Source of the DNA: Candidatus Spyradocola sp.
GTDB lineage: Bacteria > Bacillota > Clostridia > Christensenellales > UBA1750
NCBI GenBank assembly: GCA_050942925.1
Contig: JBMNOF010000001.1
Coordinates: 69,712-133,711 of the forward strand
DNA length: 64,000 bases
Direction of reading: 5' to 3'
In this document: in pieces, positions 18,765 through 27,301 of the stretch
How positions within the stretch are numbered: position 1 is the first letter of the stretch
Layout: the number at the start of each line of letters is the position of its first letter
Notes under the pieces: generated by a model
The model's database searches: none
The model's input: the letters and a program-made list of their open reading frames with translations, nothing else
Told to the model about the DNA's origin: nothing
Position numbers and translations under genes: made by a program

Positions 18765-19666
18765 TGCTCTCCCTCCTCTCTCGATACCCCAAAACCATTT
18801 GGCTGAATCCCTTGCCGGGCGGGATTCTGTTCTCCTTGGCGGTCTTGCGCCGCCAAATAGGCCTGCCGCAGATACCGCCGCCGCTCGTCCTTCTCCGAGG
18901 GAAGCCCCCAGTACAGGCGGCAGAGGGACAGAACGATCCGCCAGCCTTCCAGTTCTTCCTCATCTAGAGGCATCTGCACGCGCATCTCCTGCAGGTAACC
19001 AACTGCAATTTGCTTTGCCAAGTGCACAAGTCGCTCGTGCTCCGCCTCGCTCTGCCCGGGGGTGCGCGGGGCATGCTCCATTAATAGGAGCGTGTGCGCA
19101 ATGTCCGAAACCGGGTTTCCCCTGTACGCACCCGACCAATCGATGATGTAGAATTTCTCTCCCTTTTGCAAGATATTGCCCGGATGAAAATCCCCGTGGC
19201 AAAGGGCATCCCCAGAGGGGAGGGCCTGCGCTCTCCGCATGGCAAACGCAAACACTTCGGGCTCTACCTGCAAGGGCTGCGTGCGCAGGTAGGCAATTTT
19301 GTCCTCCAACGAAGGGAGCAGGCCGTCATCCACCCGCAGGCTGCAAATGCGCGCATGAAGCCGCGCAAACTGCGGCAGCTGTTCCTTTACGCAAAGCGGA
19401 TGCGCCAGCCAATGATCCAGGAGCGATCCGCCGGGGATTCGCTCCTGGATCTCCGCCTGCATGCCCGCAACCTCTCCTCGTTCGTAGACCTTAGGTATAG
19501 GGAGATTTTGGCTTTCCAACATCCGATACAAGGCTTGTTCCGCTGCGAGCACGGCCGGTGCACACACCTTTCGGCTGACCCGAAGAACCCGGTCTTCTCC
19601 CACCGCGTAAATGTCCGCCTCCCCGCCGCGCGCCAGCAGCGTCAGCTTCTGCAAATCCACGTTCAT
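18761..19666 (-). CDS. Aminoglycoside-phosphotransferase/choline-kinase-fold (APH family) small-molecule kinase
   Basis: Brenner/catalytic motif LCHGDFHPGNIL and IIDWSG (DxD-like) in a 301-aa protein. Start trimmed from the merged 666-aa ORF to ATG 19666 (MNVDLQKL). Confidence 0.75.
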   Translation of the reverse strand: MNVDLQKLTLLARGGEADIYAVGEDRVLRVSRKVCAPAVLAAEQALYRMLESQNLPIPKVYERGEVAGMQAEIQERIPGGSLLDHWLAHPLCVKEQLPQFARLHARICSLRVDDGLLPSLEDKIAYLRTQPLQVEPEVFAFAMRRAQALPSGDALCHGDFHPGNILQKGEKFYIIDWSGAYRGNPVSDIAHTLLLMEHAPRTPGQSEAEHERLVHLAKQIAVGYLQEMRVQMPLDEEELEGWRIVLSLCRLYWGLPSEKDERRRYLRQAYLAAQDRQGEQNPARQGIQPNGFGVSREEGEQ

Positions 19667-19713
19667 TTGCTTTTCTCTTTCTCCTAGGCGATCTATCCGC
19701 CCTCGAGAAGCTC

Positions 19714-20721
19714 CTAGGCCATGGTCTCCAGCATCTCCAGCGTGACGCGGCCATCCAGCTCGCCTCCGGCCAGGTACTTGTCCAGCTCCTCGATCATCTT
19801 GTCCGCAAAGAGGTAGACCTCCTTGGCGGCGTATCCCGCCACGTGCGGGAACAAAAACACATTGGGCAGGCTCCACAGCGGCGAATCCGCCGGCGCGGGC
19901 TCCGGCTCCGTGACGTCCAGAATCGCCGAGCGCAGGGGCTGCTCCCGGAGCGCCCGGACGAGATCCGGCTCCACGACCTGTGCGCCCCGTCCGGTGTTGA
20001 GGAAGCAGGCGGTCTCCCCCATGCGGGAAAAGAGGGAGTAGTTCAGCATTCCGCGGGTCTGCGGGTTGTTGGCGATGTGGCAGGAGATGGTCTGGCAGGA
20101 GGAAAACACCTCCTCCAGGCTGTAGAGCCGGGGCAGGCCCAGCGCCTCCTGGCGCTCCGGCGTCAGGAAGGGATCGTAGACCCGGAGCTCGACGCGCTCG
20201 CGCTGCAGGCGCCGGATCACGCGGGAGCCGATGGCCCCCGCGCCGAGAATCCCCACGGGCGTGTCGCACGTTCCGGGAAAGACGTTCTCCACCAGGCGCT
20301 TGCCCGCGGCATAGCCCTCCTCCCGGTAGGCGCGAAGGGCCAGCAGCGCGCCCTTGTTGGCCAAGGTGATGAGGGCCGTCGTGAACTGCGCCACAGGCTC
20401 GGCCATCACCTGCCAGGCGGAGAGCACGGTGACGCCGCGGCGGAGGAACGGCGCCGCAAAGTAGCGCACGGACCCCGCCGCATAGAAGATCACCCGCAGG
20501 TTGGGAAAGTATTCCGCGACCTGCTCCTCCGTCAGCTCCAGCATGTCCCAACCGCAGAAGAGGACCTCGCACTCCCGCAGGAAGGCCCGGTTTGCCTCCA
20601 GGCCTTCCTCGTCCACGACGCCGGGCAGGATCTCGACGCGCGCTTCGATCGCCTCGCGCCGTCCCCCGCCGTACAGGTAGCCGATGCGTCCGCCCTTCTT
20701 GCAGACGAAGCAGCCCTTCAC
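19714..20721 (-). CDS. D-isomer-specific 2-hydroxyacid dehydrogenase family, NAD-binding
   Basis: VGILGAGAIGSRV (GxGxxG), ..NTGRGAQV.., ..LDVTEPEP.. and ..PHVAG.. are hallmark motifs. GTG start overlaps the GH78 stop (GTGA). Confidence 0.8.
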   Translation of the reverse strand: MKGCFVCKKGGRIGYLYGGGRREAIEARVEILPGVVDEEGLEANRAFLRECEVLFCGWDMLELTEEQVAEYFPNLRVIFYAAGSVRYFAAPFLRRGVTVLSAWQVMAEPVAQFTTALITLANKGALLALRAYREEGYAAGKRLVENVFPGTCDTPVGILGAGAIGSRVIRRLQRERVELRVYDPFLTPERQEALGLPRLYSLEEVFSSCQTISCHIANNPQTRGMLNYSLFSRMGETACFLNTGRGAQVVEPDLVRALREQPLRSAILDVTEPEPAPADSPLWSLPNVFLFPHVAGYAAKEVYLFADKMIEELDKYLAGGELDGRVTLEMLETMA

Positions 20722-23051
20722 GCCCGCTCGCCCCCGATCTCGGCGCGTCCATCCTTTCCAAGCACGGTCATGCCGTTGGCGCAGAGCTCCAGGGGCACGT
20801 CCTTCGGGCCTTCAACCGAGACGCGCAGCGCGCCGCCCGCCTTCTCCCAGCGGACGGTGACGGGGCCCTTGGGCGTGGGCACGGTGCCGCTGAGCCGCTC
20901 CAGGCCGATGGCGTGGGGCTCGACGCGGATGCGCGCCCAGCCCGGCGCCGCAGGCTGCACGCCCAGGAGCATGCGCGGCACTTCGTACAGCGGCAGCGCG
21001 CTCCAGGCGTGGCAATCGCTGCGGGTTTCGCCCGGGCGCTCCGGCACCGTGGTGAGGTTGCGGTCCAGCATCGCAAAGTACTGGTCCCAGATGGGCGCCG
21101 TGCGGTCATAGAGGCCGACCTTGTCCAGCGCGCGGAACAGCGTGAACTGCCAGGGGAAGGTGCACAGCAGCACGTCCTTGCCCTCCAGGGCATAGCGCAT
21201 GGCGGCCTCCGCCTCTTTTCCCTGCAGCGCGCCGGTCAGGACGCCCAGCGCCTGGCAGTGCTGGGAGATCTGTTCAAAGCCCGGGCCCTCCAGCAGCACG
21301 CCGCGCGCGGCGTCAAAGCACAGGTCGTGCACGCGCGTGCAGATCGCGTCCGCGCGGCCGTCGTAGTCTGCGGCAGCGCCTTGGCGGCCGAGCAGGCGCA
21401 TCATGCGCGCCGCGGTGCGCAGGCCCAGCGCATAGGTGAGGTTGTGCAGCGTCGCCGGGCCCCGCCAGGTCGCGTCCGGCACGCCGGCATGGTCGTCCCA
21501 CTCGTCGACCCAATCGCCGAACTCCCAGTAGCCGAGGTTCTCCGCCAGGCCGCTGTCCCCGATGTGCCGGTCAAAGTAGTTCAAAACGCCGTCCATCGTG
21601 GGCGCATAGAAGCGGATGGGCTCCAAGTCACCGGTCTGGATGGCATACTCCTCCAGCATGTAGATCCAATGGATGGCAAAATCCGGGATGACCTGCGTGT
21701 GCGTGCAGGGGTAGCGGGACTGCAGAATGCCGTCCGGCAGGCGGGAGCAATGGTAGTCCCACAGGACGTTCTTCGCCATGCGCGTGTCCCCGGAGATGGC
21801 GTAGGTAAAGAGCATCTGCAGGCGCGTGTCGAGCGTGTACTGGAGCTGCTCGTAATAGGGGCAGTCCTCGTGCGTGTCGTGCATGCAGCGGCGGAGCGTG
21901 CGCACGGAGATGTCCCAAAGACGGCGCATGCGCTCGTCCGGGAAGTCGAACTCCGCCCGCACCTCCAGGGGATAGGCGGTCTCCAGGAAATCCGGCAGGC
22001 AGATCTCCAGGTCCGCGTCTCCGGCGGTCGCCTCCAGGCGCACGAACCGGAACGTGCGGTACCAGAAGTTCTCAAACGTCCTCTCCTCCGCCGCCGTCTC
22101 AAATTCGTCGTGGAAACCCGTCAGGACACCATTTTCCCGGTCGTCCCGGCGCATGGGCCCCTTCGGCGCGCTCTCGTCCTTGGGGAAGTAGCGCTCGGCA
22201 TAGGTGATGCGCACGCGGCCGCCCGCGCCCTTGGCCTTCATGCGCAGGTAGGCGGTGCGCAGAACGCCCGCGTCCAGCTCGACGGCGCGCGTCTTGCCGG
22301 CGGGGATGACGGCCCGGCCGTTCCCATCAAAGGCAAAGCCGGCCTCGCCCTCCCGATTCGGGAGCTGGCCGCAGAATGCGCCAAGCTCCTCGCGCTGGTT
22401 GGGGATTCTCCGGTCCTTCAGCAGCAGGGGCGAGAACTCGCCGTAGGGATTGACGCCGGTGGCAAAGCCCGTCTCGGCCGCGGGCAGCGCCAGGTGCGCC
22501 TGTTCGCGCCAGGGCAGGCAGCGCGCGGCAAAGAACTTCTCCGTCGCGCCGACGTAAAAGGCATTGGTCGTATCCAGGCCGTAGGACTCGTCCACACAGG
22601 CGGTCCACGCCGCCTCGCCCGTGGAGAGGGACAGCGTCCTTCCGCCCTCCTCCTCGATCTGCCCCAATGTCAGGAACACGGGCCCCACGGGGGCGACATA
22701 GACCGAGAGCGGCGCATTCTGTGCGGTCTGCGTGCTCTCAAACGCATAGGAGACGACGCGCGCGGTCAGGGAATTGTCCCCGGGGTGCAGGTGCGGCGCC
22801 AGGTCCACCGTTTCGCAGTAGCGGTTCCACTGGTCCCCCTTGCGCGGACCGCAGACGAGGGACTCGCCATTGACATAGAGCCGGTAGCGGTCCGCAGCGG
22901 ACACGCGCAGCCGCGCCTGCCGCACCGGGCCTTCCACGCGGAATTCCAGGCGGAAGAGCGCCGCCTGTGCGCGGTCGCGCCGCCCGTCCCCCAGGCCCGC
23001 AACGCGCGCCCACTGCGCGCCCGCAAGCTCCCGATCGATCAGCATTTCCAC
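20718..23051 (-). CDS. alpha-L-rhamnosidase (GH78-like, six-hairpin glycosidase)
   Basis: 777 aa. An N-terminal bacterial rhamnosidase-like beta-sandwich (..RYRLYVNGESLVCGP..) and a catalytic (alpha/alpha)6 region (..DCPYYEQLQYTLDTR.., ..GYWEFGDWV.., ..SDCHAWSALP..). Adjacent to rhaA. Confidence 0.75.
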   Translation of the reverse strand: MEMLIDRELAGAQWARVAGLGDGRRDRAQAALFRLEFRVEGPVRQARLRVSAADRYRLYVNGESLVCGPRKGDQWNRYCETVDLAPHLHPGDNSLTARVVSYAFESTQTAQNAPLSVYVAPVGPVFLTLGQIEEEGGRTLSLSTGEAAWTACVDESYGLDTTNAFYVGATEKFFAARCLPWREQAHLALPAAETGFATGVNPYGEFSPLLLKDRRIPNQREELGAFCGQLPNREGEAGFAFDGNGRAVIPAGKTRAVELDAGVLRTAYLRMKAKGAGGRVRITYAERYFPKDESAPKGPMRRDDRENGVLTGFHDEFETAAEERTFENFWYRTFRFVRLEATAGDADLEICLPDFLETAYPLEVRAEFDFPDERMRRLWDISVRTLRRCMHDTHEDCPYYEQLQYTLDTRLQMLFTYAISGDTRMAKNVLWDYHCSRLPDGILQSRYPCTHTQVIPDFAIHWIYMLEEYAIQTGDLEPIRFYAPTMDGVLNYFDRHIGDSGLAENLGYWEFGDWVDEWDDHAGVPDATWRGPATLHNLTYALGLRTAARMMRLLGRQGAAADYDGRADAICTRVHDLCFDAARGVLLEGPGFEQISQHCQALGVLTGALQGKEAEAAMRYALEGKDVLLCTFPWQFTLFRALDKVGLYDRTAPIWDQYFAMLDRNLTTVPERPGETRSDCHAWSALPLYEVPRMLLGVQPAAPGWARIRVEPHAIGLERLSGTVPTPKGPVTVRWEKAGGALRVSVEGPKDVPLELCANGMTVLGKDGRAEIGGERA

Positions 23052-23102
23052 AACAGATTCCCTCCTTTTTGATGCGGTCCGCCCGTGCGGCGCCCGCTCC
23101 TC

Positions 23103-24347
23103 TCACTTCCGCTTGGAAAGGACCTCCTGCTCGTAGCGGAGGATTTCGTCAAACCAGCTCTCGTCCGCAGGGACGTTCTGGCGGCGGCAATACTCCTCCC
23201 AGACCGCGCCGAAGGGATAGGTCTTCATCTCCTCCTGCTGCATGAGCATGCGGGTGAAGTCGCCCTTGTCCTGCAGGGCCTTGAGCTGCTCGCTCGGCTG
23301 CAGCAGGGCGTTGAGCAGCGCCTTCTGCATGTTGCGCGCGCCGATGACCCAGGCGGCGACGCGGTTGATGGAGGCGTCGAAGTAGTCTAGGCCGATGAGC
23401 ACGCGGTCCAGGGCGTTGTTGCGGACGATCTCCAGGGCGATCTCGCGGATTTCGTCGTCCAGGCGCACGACGTGATCGCTATCCCAGCGCATGGGGCGCG
23501 TGACGTGCAGGGGCAGGAGGTCGAAGAAGGACAGCAGCGAGGAGATCTTGTCGCTGACCATCTCCGTGGGGTGGTAGTGGCCGTTGTCCAGCAGGTTGTA
23601 GACGCCCGGGTGCCGCGCGGCATAGGCCAGGTAGAACTCCGAGGAGCCGACCGTATAGGCCTCCACGCCGATGCCGAAGACCTTGCTCTCCACGCAGTCG
23701 ATGACGCCGGGCAGGGGCTCGGCATAGATCTTGTCCAGGCTGTCCAGGAGGCGCTGGCGCGGGCCGAGGCGGTCCGCGGGGATCTCCTTATACCCATCCG
23801 GAATCCAGAGGTTGCACAGGACTTTATCCCCGAGCTTTTCGGCGATGTAGGCGGAGATGCGGCGGCTGGCGATGCCGTGCCGGACCCAGAAGGCGCGGAT
23901 TTCGTCGTTGGGGTGGGAGAGCGTCAGCGTGTCCGCGGCCAAGGGATGCGAGAAGAAGGTGGGGTTGAAGTCGATGCCGAGGCCGTTCTCCTTGGCAAAG
24001 TCGATCCAGGGATCGAAGTGGCGGCCCTCCAGGGCGTCGCGGTCGACCTTCTCGCCGTTGAGGATGGCGTAGCTGGCGTGGAGGTTGATGCGCTTCTTGC
24101 CCGGGATGAGGGCGGCAGCCTGCACAAAGTCCTGCATGAGCTCCTGCGGGGTCCGAGCGCGGCCGGGGTAGTTGCCGGTGGCCTGGATGCCGCCGGAGAG
24201 GGCCTGGCCCGCGTTTTCAAACCCGCGGACGTCGTCGCCCTGCCAGCAGTGGATGGAGATGGCCTTCTGCGAGAGGCGCGCAATGGCCGCCTCCGCATCC
24301 ACGCCCAGCGCCGCATAGCGCGCCTTTGCCTGATCGTATGCACACAT
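23103..24347 (-). CDS. rhaA: L-rhamnose isomerase
   Basis: ..[16 protein letters not shown].., ..INLHASYA.., ..FNPTFFSHP.., ..[11 protein letters not shown].. are collinear with enterobacterial RhaA. Start chosen at ATG 24347 ([15 protein letters not shown]), giving 414 aa. Confidence 0.9.
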   Translation of the reverse strand: MCAYDQAKARYAALGVDAEAAIARLSQKAISIHCWQGDDVRGFENAGQALSGGIQATGNYPGRARTPQELMQDFVQAAALIPGKKRINLHASYAILNGEKVDRDALEGRHFDPWIDFAKENGLGIDFNPTFFSHPLAADTLTLSHPNDEIRAFWVRHGIASRRISAYIAEKLGDKVLCNLWIPDGYKEIPADRLGPRQRLLDSLDKIYAEPLPGVIDCVESKVFGIGVEAYTVGSSEFYLAYAARHPGVYNLLDNGHYHPTEMVSDKISSLLSFFDLLPLHVTRPMRWDSDHVVRLDDEIREIALEIVRNNALDRVLIGLDYFDASINRVAAWVIGARNMQKALLNALLQPSEQLKALQDKGDFTRMLMQQEEMKTYPFGAVWEEYCRRQNVPADESWFDEILRYEQEVLSKRK

Positions 24348-24412
24348 GGTGAGACACATCCTTTCTGGAATCGGTCTTTGTCTTCGAAAAATAGGGGGAC
24401 TCATTCTTCCCC

Positions 24413-24442
24413 ATTATACCGCAGGGGTGGGAAGAACGTAAA
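24413..24442 (-). promoter_or_regulatory. Candidate promoter of the rhaA operon
   Basis: Minus strand: TTTACG, 18 nt, TATAAT. Located just downstream of the hydF terminator. Confidence 0.5.
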
Positions 24443-24468
24443 GGGGAGAATCTCCGCTTCCGGGGGAC

Positions 24469-24503
24469 AAAAAAATGCTCCGGCGCGCGGAAGGCGCCGG
24501 AGC
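24469..24503 (-). terminator. Intrinsic terminator after hydF
   Basis: GCTCCGGCGC / GCGCCGGAGC stem followed on the minus strand by ATTTTTTT. Confidence 0.8.
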
Positions 24504-24521
24504 GGAACGTCTTTTCGAGGA

Positions 24522-25709
24522 TTAGGCGTGGAACACGCGGGTTGCGCGCTCCAGGATGCCCTGCATATAGGCGATGAGCAGGCCATAGTTGATGAAGGGC
24601 ACGCCCTGGCGCTCGGCCTCGTGCATGCGGTAGAGGACCTCGCGCTCGTTGAGCATGCAACCGCCGCAGTGGATGACGAGCTTATAGGGCGTCAGATCCT
24701 CCGGGAAGGACGGGCCGGAGCAGGTCTCAATGCGGAAGTCCTTTCCGCTGTGGGCGCGCAGCCACTTGGGGATCTTGACGGTGCCGATGTCCTCGCACTG
24801 GCGGTGATGCGTGCAGCCCTCGGCGATGAGCACGGTATCGCCATCCTCCAGGCTCTCCACCGCGGGGATGGAGCGCAGCGCCGCGTCCAGATAGCCCTTG
24901 TAGCGGGCCATGAGGATGGAGAAGGAGGTCAGCGGCACGTCCTCGGGCGTATCCCGGGCGACCGAGGCAAAGGCCTGGCTGTCGGTGACGACCATGCGGG
25001 GCTTTTCCTTGAGCGCGGCAAGGGCGGCGGGCAGCTCCGTCTCGCGCACGGTCAGCGACAGGGCTCCGGCCTCCAGGACGTCGCGGATGGTCTGCTGCTG
25101 GGGCAGGATCAGGCGGCCCTTGGGGGCGGACTTGTCAATGGGCACGACGAGGACGACCAGGTCGCCCGGCTGGAGCAGGTCCGCAATGAGGCGCCGGCCG
25201 CTGTCGCCCGGGGTCAGGTGCGCAATGCGCTCCTTGAGCGCCTCAATGCCGCGGCCGTTGCTCGCGGAAACGCAGGCCGACGCACCGGCGAGGTCCTCCG
25301 GCGCGGAGCAGTCCTGCTCGTCGCACTTGTTGAAGACCACGAGGTAGGGAATCTCCAGGTTCCGAATGCGGTCGAGCAGGGCGCGGTCCTCGGGCGCCAG
25401 GCCCTCCTTCGCGTCCACGACGAGCAGCGCGATGTCCGTGCGGCGCAGCTCTTCCAGCGCCTTCTCCATGCGCTTTTTGCCGAGCTCGCCCTCGTCGTCC
25501 AGGCCGGGAGTGTCGACCAGGACCACCGGGCCCAGGGGCAGCAGTTCCATGGCCTTCTTGACGGGATCGGTGGTGGTGCCCTTCGTCTCGGATACGACGG
25601 CCAGGTCCTGTCCGGTCAGGGCGTTGATGAGGCTGGATTTGCCCGCGTTGCGCCGGCCAAAGATGCCGATGCGCGCGCGGTTTGCAGACGGGGTTGCATT
25701 GAGGCTCAT
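24522..25709 (-). CDS. hydF: [FeFe]-hydrogenase H-cluster maturation GTPase HydF
   Basis: GRRNAGKSSLINALTG (G1), DTPGLDD (G3), NKCD (G4), and a C-terminal CxHx..HCGGC cluster-binding motif (EGCTHHRQC...IHCGGCML). Confidence 0.9.
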   Translation of the reverse strand: MSLNATPSANRARIGIFGRRNAGKSSLINALTGQDLAVVSETKGTTTDPVKKAMELLPLGPVVLVDTPGLDDEGELGKKRMEKALEELRRTDIALLVVDAKEGLAPEDRALLDRIRNLEIPYLVVFNKCDEQDCSAPEDLAGASACVSASNGRGIEALKERIAHLTPGDSGRRLIADLLQPGDLVVLVVPIDKSAPKGRLILPQQQTIRDVLEAGALSLTVRETELPAALAALKEKPRMVVTDSQAFASVARDTPEDVPLTSFSILMARYKGYLDAALRSIPAVESLEDGDTVLIAEGCTHHRQCEDIGTVKIPKWLRAHSGKDFRIETCSGPSFPEDLTPYKLVIHCGGCMLNEREVLYRMHEAERQGVPFINYGLLIAYMQGILERATRVFHA

Positions 25710-25715
25710 GGGGTT

Positions 25716-26777
25716 TTACCCTCCTTTGTTTGCGTGGGATTCACCGGGGAAGTCGCCGCGATCCACGACGGCCTCGTAGCCTGCGGCGGCAAGGCGCGCG
25801 CGCAGGACGGCCAGGCCTTCGGCGGCCTCGTCCCCATCGGACCGCTTGTTGTCATAGAGCGCGTACTTTTTTCGGGTGTTCTTGGGCGAGAGGTTGGGCA
25901 TGACGACATTGCATCCGGCATTCATGCCCTTTTCGCGGCCGTCGCCGTCCAGCGTGCCCAGGGCCGTCGTCGCCGGCAGCAGGACGCGCGGCAGCAGCAG
26001 CCGAACAATGGCCAGGCACACGAGCGTGCGCGTCTCGCTGCCGGCGGGCTCGTCGCGGAAGGGCGTATCGCGGTGCGGCAGGAACGGGCCGATGCCCACC
26101 ATCTGTGGCCGCAGCTCCTGCAGGAAGCGGAAGTCCTCCACGAGGCACGCGGGGGTCTGTCCGGGGGAGCCGACCATGAAGCCCGCTCCGGTCTGGAACC
26201 CGATGTCCTTCAAGTCCCGCAGGCAGCGCATGCGGTTTGCCAGGGAGAGCTCCGGCGGGTGCAGGCGGGCATAGTGGGCAAAGTCTGCGGTCTCGTGGCG
26301 CAGCAGGTAGCGGTTCGCGCCCGCGGCAAAGAGGCGCGCATAGCTCTGCCGGCTGCGCTCGCCGATGGACAGGGTGATGGCGCAATCGGGGAACTCCGCG
26401 CGGATGGCGGCGACGATGTCCACCATTCTGTCGTCCGTGAAGTACGGGTCCTCGCCGCCCTGAAGCACGAAGGTGCGGAAGCCCAGCTCGTAGCCCGCGC
26501 GGCAGCAGGAGAGGATTTCCTCGCGGTCCAGCCGGTAGCGCTGCGCGTTCTTGTTGCTGCGCCGGATGCCGCAGTACAAGCAATCGTTTCGACAGTAGTT
26601 CGTGAACTCGATCAAGCCCCGGATGAAGACGCGGCGGCCGTAGGTGCGGTCGCGCACGTCCCGGGCGCGGGCAAAGAGGTAGTCGCGGTCCTCGGGCGTG
26701 CTGTCCTCCAGCAGGGCGAGGAATTCCGCGTCCGTCAGGTCCTGCGTCCGCTCGAGCCGGTCGACGATCTCTCTCAT
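25716..26777 (-). CDS. hydE: [FeFe]-hydrogenase maturase HydE (radical SAM)
   Basis: CRNDCLYCGIR radical-SAM CxxxCxxC motif. BioB-like core (..TFVLQGGEDP.., ..ITLSIGE..). Genomic context between hydF and the TM1266-type regulator. Confidence 0.85.
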   Translation of the reverse strand: MREIVDRLERTQDLTDAEFLALLEDSTPEDRDYLFARARDVRDRTYGRRVFIRGLIEFTNYCRNDCLYCGIRRSNKNAQRYRLDREEILSCCRAGYELGFRTFVLQGGEDPYFTDDRMVDIVAAIRAEFPDCAITLSIGERSRQSYARLFAAGANRYLLRHETADFAHYARLHPPELSLANRMRCLRDLKDIGFQTGAGFMVGSPGQTPACLVEDFRFLQELRPQMVGIGPFLPHRDTPFRDEPAGSETRTLVCLAIVRLLLPRVLLPATTALGTLDGDGREKGMNAGCNVVMPNLSPKNTRKKYALYDNKRSDGDEAAEGLAVLRARLAAAGYEAVVDRGDFPGESHANKGG

Positions 26778-27046
26778 GCCTGCGTCTCCTCGTCCGGGCG
26801 GGAGAAGACCGTGCGGGAGCTCACGCCGGGGATGGCGCCGAGCGCGTCGGTCAGGGCGGCGATCTCCTCCGCCGGCGCGTCGATGGCCACGCTGATGAGC
26901 GAGAGGCCACGCTTGGGGTAGGGCAGGCCCATGCGGCCGATGATGCGATGCGCGTGCGCATGCAGGGCGGCATTGATCTGCTCCGAGGCTTCCTGGTCCT
27001 CCACGACCAGGCTAATCAGTGCGACGCGGCTATTCTTGGTTTCCAT
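26774..27046 (-). CDS. TM1266-family iron-only hydrogenase system regulator (ACT-like small protein)
   Basis: 90 aa: METKNSRVALISLVVEDQEASEQINAALHAHAHRIIGRMGLPY..ISVAIDAPAEEIAALTDALGAIPGVS. ATGA overlap with hydE. Confidence 0.7.
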   Translation of the reverse strand: METKNSRVALISLVVEDQEASEQINAALHAHAHRIIGRMGLPYPKRGLSLISVAIDAPAEEIAALTDALGAIPGVSSRTVFSRPDEETQA

Positions 27047-27080
27047 GTTGCAACATCCTTTCCAAAGAATTTCCGGCAGG

Positions 27081-27116
27081 AAAACGCAAAACGCGCGCGC
27101 CGGTGCGGCGCGCGCG
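27081..27116 (-). terminator. Intrinsic terminator inside the 5' leader of the hyd-maturation operon (attenuator)
   Basis: CGCGCGCGCCG / CGGCGCGCGCG 11-bp GC stem with a 3-nt loop, followed on the minus strand by TTTTGCGTTTT. It lies 35 nt upstream of the first start codon and ~110 nt downstream of the promoter. Confidence 0.7.
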
Positions 27117-27226
27117 GGACATGCCTTCCCCCGTGATCGCACCTTCCCCCTCTGGCCACTCCATTGGGGTCAGATCACACGGTTCCTGTCGTCAGCGCCC
27201 GCCTTGCCTGGCATGGCGCCTCTTTT

Positions 27227-27255
27227 ACTATATCACCGGTTTGGGCCGCCGTCAA
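27227..27255 (-). promoter_or_regulatory. Sigma-A-type promoter of the hyd-maturation operon leader
   Basis: Minus strand: TTGACG (27255-27250), 17 nt, TATAGT (27232-27227). Confidence 0.65.
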
Positions 27256-27257
27256 AC

Positions 27258-27296
27258 GCAAAAGTCCCGCCGCGCGGGAAAAGCGCGCGGCGGGAC
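27258..27296 (-). terminator. Intrinsic terminator after the TIM-barrel::acyl-CoA synthetase gene
   Basis: GTCCCGCCGCGCG / CGCGCGGCGGGAC 13-bp stem, then TTTTGCGTTT on the minus strand. Confidence 0.8.
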
Positions 27297-27301
27297 AAGA
27301 A

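Noticed and set aside
27047-27226. Assigning the hyd-operon leader to a known riboswitch class (T-box, SAM-I, cobalamin, glycine, ZTP).
   Set aside because: AATGGAGTGGCCAGAGG superficially resembles the T-box GGTGGTACCGCG but lacks the TACC core and any Stem-I AGAGA/specifier architecture. No B12 box, SAM-I four-way-junction motifs or tandem glycine cores were seen. It is left as an unclassified attenuator.
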